The position numbers and the translations under genes were made by a program. From NCBI GenBank assembly GCA_951406725.2, contig OX597829.1:33170001-33234000 (forward strand): DNA of 64,000 nt, written 5' to 3'. This document shows, one piece after another, positions 13,377-25,870 of the stretch (the stretch's first letter is position 1; each line of letters begins with the position of its first letter). The notes beneath the pieces are model-generated. The model did not search any database, was not told where the DNA came from, and saw only the letters and a list, made by a program, of their open reading frames with translations. This stretch comes from Octopus vulgaris (taxonomy: Eukaryota).

Positions 13377-13508
13377 ATATATATATATATATATAAATGT
13401 ACTGTTCCATGATAGAAAATTCAACGAAAAGTACTCTCAAAATATGAAACTATTAGTACCACTTAAAGACATGTATTGTATCTTTTAAATAATATATATA
13501 TATATATA

Positions 13509-14049
13509 AGAAATATTGAATTTCTAAATGTCTCAGAGAGACATAAGCGGTGGTGAAGCGATATAGTGGTCGTATACTGTCAACTCAATGTGACAGTCCC
13601 ATGAGGGAATTACACCACCGCCATTTAGCCCTAGGAAACATCGACGTCTCCTGTCGGCTTTGACACATTTTCTGTGTCCTTATATTTGCAAAGGGGAGGC
13701 AATCACCCCTGCAAGCCGGGACAAGGCACTTGAAGACATATGTTTCTGAGTGTATTGCTCATCGTCAGTACAGGGTAGCCTGCCTCGCTCGCTGAGATGA
13801 CAGCAACCTCTCTGCAAATAAATCATATTATCAGTAAAATTTATTTACTGATCACCGAAATTAGAAATATTGAATTTCTAAATGTCTCAGACAGACATAA
13901 GCGGTGGGGAAGCGATATAGTGATTGTATACTGTCAACTCAATGTGACAGTCCCATGAGGTAATTACACCACCGCCATTTAGCCCACAGAAAATGTGTCA
14001 AAGCCAACAGATGTCGATGTTTCCTAGGGCTAAATGGCAGTGCTGTAAT
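13509..14049 (-). mobile_element. non-coding retrozyme-like partial tandem (354-bp period) with terminal inversion
   Basis: 13509-13631 repeated at 13863-13985; 13986-14049 is the reverse complement of ~13610-13676; HHR inside the unit. Confidence 0.75.
13731..13772 (-). ncRNA. type I hammerhead ribozyme
   Basis: tgta CTGACGA tgag caataca ctca GAAAC atat GTC ttca; intact core. Confidence 0.85.
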
Positions 14050-14051
14050 CA

Positions 14052-15017
14052 GAGTAAAAGGTAAACTGTATGATGCGTGTGTGCAAACAGCCATGCTACA
14101 TGGTAGTGAAACATGGGCCATGACTGCTGAGGATATGTGTAAGCTTGCAAAGAATGAATCTAGTATGCTCCTCTGGATGTGTAATGTCAGTCTGCATACA
14201 TGACAGAGTGTAAATACCCTGAGAGAAAAGTTGGACATAAGAAGCATCAGATGTGATGTGCAAAAGAGACGACTGTGCTGGTATGGTCATGTGTTGTGTA
14301 CGGATGAGGACAGCTGTGTGTCTCTAGCGGTAGAGGGAATCTGTGGGAGAGGTAGACCCAGGAAGACCTAGGATTAGGTGGTGAAGCACGACCTTCGAAT
14401 ATTGGGCCTCACTAAGGCGATGACAAGTGACCAAGACCTTTGGAGATATGTTGTACTTGAGAAGATCCGGCAAGCCAAGTGAGACCATAACCATGGCCTA
14501 TGCCAGTGTACTATAACCAGCCCATTTAAGATTACCCTTTAATCATTGGGCAATAAACTGCGCTTGTGAAGACATGTTGAGGCAAGTGAAGTTGTCGTGG
14601 CTGATGACAGTACCACCTGATTTGCACCTGTGCTGGTGGCACGTAAAAAGCACCATTTGAGCATGGTTGATGCCAGTGCCAGCTGACTGATTCCATGCCA
14701 GTGGCACGCAAAAAGCACCGTTTGAGCATGGTCATTGCCAGTGCTGCCTGACTGCCTCCCAATCCAATGGCACATAAAAAGCACCATTCAAGCCTGGTCA
14801 ATGCCAGTACCACATGACTAGCCTTCATGCCGATGGCACGTAAAAAGCATCCACTACACTCTTGGAGTGGTTGGCATTAGGAAGGGCTTCCAGCTGTAGA
14901 AACTTTGCCAGATCAGATTGGAGCCTGGTGCAGCCTTCTGGCTTGCCAGCCCCCAGTCAAACCATCCAATCCATGGCAGCATGGAAAGCGGATATTAAAC
15001 AATGATGATGATGATGA
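14052..15017 (+). mobile_element. RTE LINE 3' fragment
   Basis: Homologous to 7333-8373; (gat)n tail. Confidence 0.9.
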
Positions 15018-15524
15018 TATATATTTATATGGTTTAATTGTGCAGAAAACAAAAGATAGAGACATGTGAGAGAAAAAGCAGGTGTATTAGTTTGACACTC
15101 GGGGAAAATTGGAAAAGTCTATACTCTTCAACAGAAATGGGTGAAGGGATAATAGAAAAAATAGAAAGAGAAGGAACATGTCGGGGTTAATGCTTCTACA
15201 TGTTTAAATATATGCATACATACACATGTGTGTGTGGATAGGTATATATGTGTATGTCTATGTATGTATATATGAGTATGTATGTATATACACACACACA
15301 CATATATATATATAGGTTATGAGAGGTGATGGTGTCAAGAAGACCCAAAGGTGTCAGGTAATGCTGAGTAAGTGCTATGGACAGGCTATGGTTAAGCTCC
15401 AGGTTCGGTGATTATGCGAATGATGAGTCCAACGTAGGTCAGCATGTGTATATGTAAAAAAATTAACAGAATGAGATAAAAATCCTAGGGTGTTAAAAAT
15501 TTCAGAACATTTATAAATAGAAGG

Positions 15525-15569
15525 TCTTACAGCTGTTTCAGGATATTTTATATATCTATTCATCGGAGA
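15525..15569 (-). ncRNA. type I hammerhead (CCGAUGA variant)
   Basis: tct CCGATGA a tagatat..atatcct GAAAC agct GTA aga; decayed relative on + strand at 18308-18356. Confidence 0.65.
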
Positions 15570-15754
15570 TGGTGTGAGAAAGTGGTTAAGCAATAGTCAT
15601 TCTATGTAAGATAGGAAATAGATAGTGAAGTGGAGGAATGAAAATAGATGTGAGATATGCAGGGACATTGTATCTGCAGTTCCGTTATTTAGGTAGAATG
15701 GTATACATATAAGATTCCTGTACCTAGTGAGTAAGTTCCAATAGTATTTAAAAT

Positions 15755-16330
15755 TGGTCATTCCAAGCATAGAGTTTGTAAATGGTGTTATTGAATGGAG
15801 GTTTTTTTTTAATTGACTTAGAAGTTGGGAATGTGTTTGTAAGATCAAATCAAAAACAGGAAGAGAGGGAAAAAAAGAAAAGAAAGGGGGGGGGGGGAGA
15901 TAATAAAGAAATGAAGAGAGGGAAAGTGTAATGGTTAGTGGTCAGTCAGGATAAATTTTTCTACCCCTACCCCCCTCTCTTAGGCTCTATCACTTACATA
16001 CCTAACACTCCTTTACTATTTACCCTTTCATCATTTTACACTCTCGTATCTTTCTCTCTCTATCACTCTCACCCCCATTCCTTCTACCTGACACTCCTTT
16101 GCTCTTTACACTCTCATATCTTTCTCTCTCTATCACCCTCACCCCCATTCCTTCTATCAATTTATCCTGACTGACCACTAACCAGTACACTTTCCCTCTC
16201 TTCGTTTCTTTATTATCTCTCTCCCTGCCTTTTTTCTTTTTTTTTTTTCCTCTCTTCCTGTTTTTGATTTGACCTTATAAATACATTCCCAACTTTTAAG
16301 TCACTTAAAAAAAAAAACCTCCATTCAATC
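15755..16330. repeat. inverted repeat arms 15755-15960 / 16160-16330
   Basis: ttgaatggaggtttt..tggtcagtcaggataaa vs tttatcctgactgacca..aaaacctccattcaa. Confidence 0.8.
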
Positions 16331-16671
16331 TATCATATATAAGGCAGAAGTTACTGCATCCCTAGATAATAATACAACAGATAAGAAGACCTATATTGGA
16401 TTATGTGAAGGTGAATTTAAAAATTGCTATGCCAATTACATAGCCTCCTTCCAAAATAAAGCTACTAAGTTGGCTAGTTGTATATGGAATTCGAAAGACA
16501 ATGAAATACCATGTGATTAAATGGAAAGTAATTGAGAAACCCATACCTTACGTTAATGGACCAAATAAATGTAGGCTTTGTTTAGCAGGAAGAGTGCAGT
16601 TCCTGTTCAGATGTAAGATCATAACTCTCTACTGAACTCTATGTCAGAAATTTTCAGTGGTTGCAAACATA

Positions 16672-17843
16672 TCATCATCATCATCGTTTAACGTCCGTTT
16701 TCCACGCTGGCATGGGTCGGACAGTTCGACCGGGGTTTGGGAAGCCAGGAGGCTGCACCAGGGTCCAGTCTGATTTGGCAGAGTTTCTAGAGCTGGATGC
16801 CCTTCCTAATGCCAACCACTCCATGAGTGTAGTGGGTGCTTTTTACGTGCCACGGCACAGGGGCCAGAGGGGGCTGGCAAACGGCCACGATCTGTTAGTG
16901 CTTTTTACGTGTCACCAACACAGACGCCAGTCAGGCGGCGCTGACATCAGCCACGTTCGGAAGGTGTTTTTACATGCCACCAGCATGGGTATCTTAACTA
17001 GAATTTCCATTTGATTTTTATTTTGATGTTGGTGTTGACATACTTGACTCAATAGGTCTCCTCAAGAACAGCGGGTCACTCTATGATCCAAGGTTAGCAC
17101 AGCAGGCCATCCTGCAAGCCATGAACTCACTTCATTTGTCGGGTCTTCGCAGTCACAGCATATCTCAGAGGTCTTGGTCTTTCGTCATAGCCTCTGTGAG
17201 GCCCAACATACGAAGGTCACACTTGACCACCTCATCCCATATCTTCCTGGGTCTACCTCTACCCCAGATTCCTTCAACAGTTTGGGAGTGGCACTTCTTC
17301 ACACATCTCTCCTCATCCATCCATAGTACATGACCATACCAACACAAACGTCTCTCCTGAACACTGCATCCAATGCTTCTTATGTCCAACATTTCTCTCA
17401 GGGCGCTTACACTCTGTCGTGCATGGACACTGACATTACACATCCAGCGAATCATGCTAGCTTCATTTCTTTCAAGCCTACGCATGTCCTCCGCAGTCAC
17501 AGCCCATGTATCATTGCCGTGGAGTATGGCAGTTCGCACACATGCATCGTACAATGTACCTTTCACTCTGAGCGAGAGACCCTTTGTCGCCAGTAGGAGA
17601 AGAAGCTTTCTAAACTTTGCCCAGGCTATTCTTATTCTAGTGGTAACACTCTCTGAGCATCCACCCCCACTACTAACTTGGTCGCCTAGGTAGAGGAAAC
17701 TATCAACTACTTCTAGTTTTTCCCCCTTGAGTGAAATGGAATTTGTTTTCTGAGTATCAGTGGTGTCTATTGCCCCTGTGCATCTGCCACACATGAAGGC
17801 TATCTTCTCGGTTAATTTTCCTTTGATGTTGCTGCACCTCTTA
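16672..17843 (-). mobile_element. RTE LINE 3' fragment nested in a PLE
   Basis: ORF 17165-17794 homologous to the C-terminus of 6158-7777; (gat)n tail at 16672-16686. Confidence 0.92.
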
Positions 17844-18083
17844 TATATTTTGAAGAATTGGAAAATTTTGCCTATTCCTGACTGACCTGTTGATATCTTT
17901 CCCGCCTTATAATTTAAGATCTAAGGAGAATAGCTGTTTTACCCTTTTACTTTTTACTTTTTACATTTTAGTTTTTTTTTTTTTTCCAATTTTTACATTC
18001 TGCATTTTCTATATACTGCCTTCTCAGTTTTTTCATGTTTCTTCTATTATTCAATTGTTTTAGTTCATTATGATCTGTAGTTT

Positions 18084-18136
18084 GTACCTGAAGAATGTGT
18101 TTGAGTTTTCTCAAAATATGAAACTATTTGTCATGC
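18084..18136 (+). ncRNA. type I hammerhead, stem I decayed
   Basis: CTGAAGA atgtgtttgag tttt ctcaaaatat GAAAC tattt GTC; related 3' half at 13435-13490. Confidence 0.65.
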
Positions 18137-18499
18137 TTTAATACATGTATTGTGAACTTTAAATAAATAATATTTATCTCTCACCAGATGGAGTACTTTT
18201 TTAATTTTCTTTCACAGAACAATAAATCATATATATATATAAGAATTTTTTGTGTAATGAGATAAGAAACCAAGGCTCATCTCACTCTCTATTTTGTATC
18301 ACACCATTTCCAATGAAGGGATATAATTAATAAATATCCTGGAAAAAGCTGTAAGACCTTCTATCTATAAATGTTCTATATCTGTTTTATCTCATTACGC
18401 AAAAAATTCTTATATACACACGCTGACAAAGAACCAACATTGAACCCCTTATTCACAAAATTACCAAATCTATCTATCTATCTATATATATATATACTT

Positions 18500-19800
18500 A
18501 ATGGGTGTTGTAACTGACACCTTGTGCCCGCTAAATGGAGCTTGCATGTCCAAGACCATCATTTTTGAAGCCACTGTGGACTCTATATCCACTAAGGACA
18601 CGGTTTTGATGAAGAAATATGTGGGCCTTACAGAGAGCTTTAGGCACTGGGATAAAACAAAAACGACCAAATTATCCAGTCATATATGGTCTTTAAAAGA
18701 TAAAGGTGTCAGTTACAAAATCCATTGAAAGATCTTAGCCAAGTGTAAGCCCTATACCAATGGCAGTGGAAAGTGTGGTCTTTGTGATATGGAAGATGGC
18801 TCATCTGGAAAAGCAGCTTAGACCCTGCCACATGTCTAAATTCAAGAAATGAACTTTTCAGATCATGTCCATATATGGCTAAATATTTGTTACATTTTTG
18901 GTCCCTCCGAGATTACAGATAGGACTTGCATTCTATATTGTGTCAACATACAAGCTTTTCATCTCTCTATTATTTTTACTTATATTTCTTATATTTTTTA
19001 TGTCTTTTTTTAACATATTTATAGAAATATTGGTTTATAGTTTTATTGCTCTTATATTTTTTTTTACACATAATTTTTCTGTATTCTACCTTTTTTTCCT
19101 GTGCATATATTGATGTGTATATGGAATTTTTTGTGCGCACATGTAGATGTGTGCTGGTATGTGCGTATATAGACGTTTGTGTGTGCATGCATGCGAGTAT
19201 GTGCATATATAGACGTGTTTTACTCTTATTGCTTATTTTTTACACATTTTTCTGTATTTTGCCTTTAACCCTGTTTTTTCTTGTGCATGTGTGTATATAG
19301 ACATGTATATGAACCTTTTTTGTGCACGTGTATGTGTGTGCGAGCGTGTATGTGGGTATGTATATATGTTTTGACGAATGTGTGGGTGAGCATGTGTGTG
19401 CTTCAAGTAAAGGTGAATGAGTATATACATATAGGCGCATGTATGTGGGTGTGCGGACACGCATGTGTATGTATGGACATGCACGCTTACCCGATTACTA
19501 TGAACATTTTTACTCCCTTACCTTTACTCCCTCTCCTTACTTAGCGGTCATTCTAATAGCTCTTTTGTCTTAATAACGGTCAATCACACAGTAATTTCCC
19601 TTTGTTTTAACGTAATTTTCATAGCATTTTTTCGATGGGCCAATAACTGAAGAGGCGTAGGTTTCCGCCCCAACATCCGAAATGTGGAGTTTTATCATGA
19701 CTACTGAATAATTGTCATATATTATATTTACAGATAAATTCCTTTATTTACATAATATTGAGGTCTCTTTCTTTCTTTTGTTGCCTTGCCAGTTCTATCA
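18500..19800 (+). mobile_element. PLE 3' fragment: GIY-YIG pseudogene (18501-18900) plus long 3'UTR with HHR-like remnant near 19646-19690
   Basis: CPLNGAC, IIFEATV, KYVGLTE, TKLSSHIWSLK, KCKPY..CGLC, LNSRNELFRSC. Confidence 0.8.
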
Positions 19801-20517
19801 ATATATACATACATATATATATATACATGCACATGCATATATGGGTATAGGACATCACCAACAGTAAACAACATGAAATACGAAAACAAATGAGTTCAAT
19901 ATACAAACAACGAGAGAAACAAATGGAAAACAGGACAAGTTACACAAAGAATGACACTTCATCAGTTGTCGGCTGTCTATCTACTTCTTATTTTGAGCAT
20001 TGAATGACAATGAGTCTTCAAAGACAGTTGCTCCCATATGTACCAAAATAAAATTTGAGATTTATGGAGGGTCAAAGTTGGAGACAAAAACATGACAGTG
20101 GAGACATACAAGGAAACTGACAAAAAACAAACATGGAGGGTTGTTAGACCAGAACAAGTGTTTAAAATGTTGAACGCTGGGGAAATATTTTCTTTGAAAA
20201 GAGAAAAGATAGAAGAGAGAGATAGACAATGTCCAGTCCTTAGGACAATCCTGAAGGAAAAGAATGATGATCATATAAGGAAAAGAAAGATGGACGATGG
20301 TCATGTGTGAGCAAAGAGAGAGAGAAAAAGAGAAAGAGGAGGGAGAGGGGCACAGATAGAAAACGGTGAGGAGGAGAAAAAGGGAATTAGAGAAAAGGAT
20401 TGGGGAGAAAACAATATAGAGTAGAGTCACATCAAAAAGATTAAGATAAACTTACTTCGAAATGGATGTGTGGCCTTCAATCAAATAATAATAAAAATAA
20501 TATATATATATATATAT

Positions 20518-21114
20518 ATCGCCAAAAAATTTTTTTGTTTCGGCATATTTGGCATTAGAATTTTTCTTCTGCCCTTATCTTGTAAATTATGTATAAATTT
20601 TACCTTTAAAGGCATTTTTTGATATGCTGGCCATTGATAAAATTTTTTTCCCGAAAATAATTTTATCCTATATTAATTATAAATAGATTAGTGTTCACTT
20701 CCGGATTCTATCACTCTGTGAAAGTTTCTAGTTCGAATCACACGTGTCTCGAGGTGCGCCGAAGATTTTTCTATTTTGGATATATTTGGGGTACTTATGT
20801 CTGCTCAGGACTTAGTGCTTGCTTCTTCCGTGGGTATGAGTAAGTATTTCATTTATATCTCGCGTATTTGCCGCTGAAGAGGGGAAAATTTCTTATGAAT
20901 TAACCCCGAAATTGGACCAATGCGGTAATAAGGAATTTTTTAGAGATTTCTATCGGTTTGTTTCAAGATATAAATTATAATGGTTATCGACAAAAAATTT
21001 TTTGTTTCGACATATTTGGCATTAGAATTTTTCTTCTGCCCTTATCTTGTAAATTATATATAAATTTTACCTTTAAAGGCATTTTTTGATATGCTGGCCA
21101 TTGATAACATTTTT
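20518..21114 (+). mobile_element. non-coding retrozyme-like partial tandem (468-bp period)
   Basis: 20518-20648 repeated at 20986-21114; follows (TA)n; HHR at 20868-20928; second unit cut by an RTE. Confidence 0.8.
20868..20928 (+). ncRNA. type I hammerhead with G at the cleavage position
   Basis: ttgccg CTGAAGA gggg..cccc GAAA ttgg a ccaa TG cggtaa. Confidence 0.8.
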
Positions 21115-24100
21115 TTAACGTCCGCTTTCCATGCTAGCATGGGTTGGACGGTTCAACTGGGGTCTGGGGAGCCCGAAGGCTGCACCAGGCCAGTCAGATC
21201 TGGCAGTGTTTCTACAGCTGGATGCCCTTCCTAACGCCAACCACTCCGAGAGTGTAGTGGGTGATTTTATGTGCCACCGACACAGGTGCCAGACGAGGCT
21301 GGCGAACGGCCACGCTCGGATGGTGTTTTTTTTATGTGCCACCGACACAGGTGCCAGACGAGGCTGGCAGACAGCCACGCTCGGATGGTGTTTTTTATGT
21401 GCCACTGACACAGGTGCCAGACGAGGCTGGCGAACAGCCACGCTTGGATGGTGTTTTTTTATGTGCCACTGACACAGGTGCCAGACGAGGCTGGCGAACG
21501 GCCACGATCGGAAGGTGTTTGTTACGTGCCCACAGCACAGAGGCCAGTCGATGCAGTACTGGCTACGGCCACGTTCGGATGGTTTTCTTATGTGCCACTG
21601 GCACTGGTACCACAAAGATACAAATTCCATTGACGTTCATCTATTTTGATTTGGTTTGATTTTCACTTGCCTCAACAGGTCTTCACAAGTGTCACAAGAA
21701 GGAAGGTATGCACAGGTGGACTGACTGCGTCCCAGGTAGGGGCCACGGGTTATGGCCTCACTAGTCTTGCCGGGTCTTCTCATGCACAGCATACTTCCAT
21801 AGGTCTCGGTCTCTAGTCATTTCCTTGGTGAGACCTAAAGTTCGAAGGTCGTGCTTCACCACCTCATCCCAGGTTTTCCTGGGTCTACCTCTTCCACAGG
21901 TTCCCTCAACTGCTAGGGTGTAGCACTTTTGCACACAACTATCTTCATCCATTCTCGTCACATGACCATACCAGTGCAGCCGTCTCTCTTGCACACCACA
22001 ACTGATGCTTCTTAGGTTCAACTTTTCTCTCAAGGTACTTACACTCTGTCGATTATGAACACTGACATTACACATCCATCGGATCATACTGGCTTCATTT
22101 CTTGCGAGCTTACGCAAATCCTCAGCAGTCACGGCCCATGTTTCACTACCATGTAGCATGGCTGTACGTACACATGCATCATACAGTCTGCCTTTTACTC
22201 TGAGCGAGAGGCCTTTTGTCACCAGCAGGGGTAAGAGCTCTCTAAACTTTGCCCAGGCTATTCTTACTCTAGCCGTTACACTTTCAGCACACCCACCCCC
22301 GCTGCTGACTTGGTCACCTAGGTAGCGGAAGCTATCAACTACTTCTAGTTTGTCTCCCTGGAACGTGGTAGAAGTTGGTCTCTGCACATTTCCAGTGTTT
22401 ATTGCTCCTGAGCATCTGCCACAGACAAAAACTATTTTCCTAGTTAGCCTTCCTTTGACATTGCTGCACCTCTTATGTGTCCATAGCTTACACTTGGTGC
22501 ACCTTATAGAGTTTCTACCTACACCTTTTCTACAGATCGAGCAGGGCCATCTACCTGAAGTCGTTTATGATTGGTCAACCTTCCTACTTACTAGGACTTT
22601 GGTTTTGGCTAGGTTGATTCTAAGGCCCTTCGATTCTAATCCTTGTTTCCACACCTGAAACTTCTCCTCCAGTTCTGATCGTGACTCAGCAATTAGAGCA
22701 AGGTCATCAGCATAGAGGAGCTCCCAGGGGCATCCTGTCTTGAATTCCTCCGTTATTGCCTGGAGGACTATGATAAATAGGAGGGGACTGAGGACTGAAC
22801 CTTGGTGGACCCCAACCTCTACCCGGAATTCTTCACTGTACTCGTTGCCAACCCTCACCTTACTAGCAGCGTCTCTGTACATGGCTCGCTCAGCTCTCAC
22901 TAACCATTCATCTATCCCTAGTTTCCTCATTGACCACCAGATAAGGGATCGGGAGACCCTGTCAAAGGCTTTCTCCATGTCAACAAAAGCCAGGTACAGG
23001 GGCTTATCTTTGGCTAGGTATTTCTCCTGCAGCTGTCTTACCAGGAATATAGCATCAGTAGTACTTTTCCCTGGCACGAACCCAAACTGCATCTCATCTA
23101 AGCTAACTCTCTCTCTAATTAATTGGGCTATAACCCTCTCCGTAACCTTCATTACCTGATCCAGCAGCTTGATGCCCCTGTAGTTAATTGTATCTAGGGC
23201 GTCACCTTTACCTTTGTAGCAGTTGACTATTATGCTGCTATACCAGTCATTGGGTATGACTCCTTCGTGTATCACCTGATTAACTATACGGGTGACTATG
23301 CTATAGCTGACACTACCAGATATTTTGAGCATCTCTGCAGTAATTCCTGATGGGCCTGGGGCTTTCCCTGTTTTCATGCTTGTAATTGCCTTAACTACTA
23401 AGGAACTGTTAACTCGGATTGCTGGTCCCTCTGTTGGGTCGACATTCGGCAGACTCTCTTTATCCCATTCATTTTCCTCATTCAGCAACCTTTCATAGTG
23501 GCGTCTCCAAGCCTCTCTCTTTGCATCCTCATTTAGCGCATGTGAACCATCATCCTTGCGAACACATTTCTCTCCTACCACATCACGATTCTCTCTCACA
23601 CACTGTCTTGCAACACGAAATACCTCAAGTCTTTCATCCTCACGGCGCAGGACATTGGCAAATTTTTTCTTATCTGCTTCCCCTCTGGCTAGATAGACCT
23701 GTCTCCTAGCTTCCCTTCTGGCAGTCTGATACACTTCCCTGCTACCACCGTTCTTCCAGGCCTTCCAAGCCTGTTTCTTTTGTCTAATAGCCCTGTCAAC
23801 AATATTGTTCCACCACCACGTTATTTTGGGTCGAGAAGGGACTTTGCACCAGCCACAGATCTGGTCAGTGGCTTTCAGCAGGTTGTCCCTCAGAAGCATC
23901 CAGTTGTCTTCTACCCCATGCGTAGCTATATCCCCTTCCATTTCGTCAAAGGCTTCAAGTAACATGTCTCTAAATCTCTGTTCATTCGCAGGGTCTTTAA
24001 GCTTCCAGACCCTTCTTCTCCATGTTGGTCGTCTTCTAGTCGCCCTCTTAGTCCTGATCCTAAAGTCACTAACTACCAGTCTATGTTGTGGGGTGCATTC

Positions 24101-24137
24101 TTCGCCTGGGAAGGTTTTGGCATTTATAAGCAGCCAT
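21115..24137 (-). mobile_element. RTE-clade LINE, 5'-truncated within the endonuclease domain
   Basis: ORFs 22565-24130 and 21761-22560 separated by one TAA; PQHRLVVSDF end of APE domain; expanded 3'UTR subrepeats. Confidence 0.95.
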
Positions 24138-24184
24138 CTATATATATATATATGTATGTATGTACACACACACACACACACACA

Positions 24185-24225
<41 letters not shown>

Positions 24226-24749
24226 GCATATATGAGTACAGGATATCACCAACACACACAAGTACAATGATACATTTGCTTACATTCAGTTTAAAGATTT
24301 CTTTTTTTAAATTAATATTGTCTGTTGAAAGAATTTCAATATCTTGCTGATGTTTATTTTTATTGCTCTTGAATTTATGGAAGAGAATGTTGACTTGAAA
24401 AGAAGATTTGTACCACCTTATATCATTGGATTTTCACTAAAGATTTACTTGTGTTAATTTAGCCACATTGATGAACCTCTAAATTAAGCTGTTTGCATTA
24501 TTCAAGCTCAAAAATATGACAAGTTAAAATTCTAAAACATTAGCAATGAAAAAGGTTTTTGGCAGTTGCTTTTGATCTCTGGATCAGTTTTCAATAACAT
24601 ACTCTTGACGCAGAATAATCAATAAAGTATTTGGTCTTCAGATATAAATTCTACATAAATTTGTTACTCTTCTATACATAAAAGTGCTTTTGTATACATA
24701 ATAATAGGTGTTTATTTTATATTGGGTAAAATTACATCCATCTAAGCAC

Positions 24750-25170
24750 AGATGTGGCTGTATTACGAAGTTTGCTTCCCAACCACATGATTCTAGGTTC
24801 AGTCCCACTGCATGGCAACTTGGGTTTTCTACAATAGCTCTAGGCAAACCAAAGCCTCATGAATGAATTTTGTACATGGAAACTGAAAGAAGCCCATCTT
24901 GTGTGTGTGTGTGTGTGTGTGAGCATGCTCATATGTGTGTGTGTGGGTGTATACATGTATGTGAACACTGTCTCCTTGCCTTGACAACACATGATAGTTG
25001 CAAAGAAGTGTCACTGATATACAAGAGATGTCCTTCATTTCCAATATTGGTGAAATATTACATTACTTGAAAACTGATAAGGTTAAGTAATAAAAAGGGC
25101 ATCCAGCTATAGAAATTTCACCTCAGCAAATTCTGTCTGTCCTATGAAGGTAAAATGGAAATGTGGACAT
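24750..25170 (+). mobile_element. tRNA-head SINE with RTE-like tail, decayed
   Basis: gtggctgt..ggttcagtcccactgcatggc head; aagggcatccagctatagaaa tail. Confidence 0.65.
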
Positions 25171-25395
25171 TAGAATAATCATGATAACAAATATGATTTA
25201 ATATTTCCCATACAGCTTGCACATTGAAGCTATTTGGGAATATTGAGGTTCTTTTGGTCCACAGTGTACAATGTTTTTTACACGCGTGCACACACACACA
25301 CACATGGGGAGGGGAGAGAGGGAGGATGATAAAATCTATCTGTTTATGTGCAACAGTACCACATAAGTAAAATAAAATTCAAATTTTGAGTTAGA

Positions 25396-25870
25396 AGCAC
25401 TGAGGAGCTGAAATAACAGCAAAATATCAATATCTATTGTCCTTGCTCACCTTGGGGGCAATTTGTTTCAACTGGCTGTGAAATATACAGTGTTTTTAAA
25501 CTTTTTATGACCATAAAGGGACCTTTCCTGGGTGAAGTAATGCAGCCTAAAAGTATTCAAACATACATTAAATATGTGACACCAATAACGTTTACAATAC
25601 AGAGCTACTTCTAACTTAATATTTGAATTTTGTTTTACTTCTATGGTGTTTTGCAAATCAGCTAATAGATTTTATGTTGTCTGTATATAGTTCCATCCAG
25701 CAATGTGAATTTTTCTCAAGAGGAAATCAAAAACACAGCACTGATGAGCAAAAATAACAATGAAATATCAATATCTGTCATTGTTGTTTACCTACATGGT
25801 GATTTGTTTTGACTCGCTTTGAAGTTTTATAGGACACTACATTCTTAAAGGGACTTTCCCTGGATAAAAT
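25396..25870 (+). mobile_element. old tandem pair (341-bp period), each unit starting with a hammerhead remnant
   Basis: agca CTGAGGA gctg aaataa cagc AAAA tat ca ata TC (25396-25438) and agca CTGATGA gcaa aaataa caat GAAA tat ca ata TC (25737-25779); downstream sequence also similar. Confidence 0.65.

Larger units (their letters stand above)
16331..18230 (+). mobile_element. PLE 3' fragment (GIY-YIG + HHR), split by an RTE insertion at 16672-17843
   Basis: Manual translation IIYKAEVT..KKTYIGLCEGEFK..TKLASCIW..KWKVI..PY..CRLCL..LNSMSEIFSGCKH; resumes after 17843. Confidence 0.8.

Noticed and set aside
19940-19975. Minus-strand CTGATGAAG as a hammerhead
   Set aside because: No matching stem II/GAAA found.
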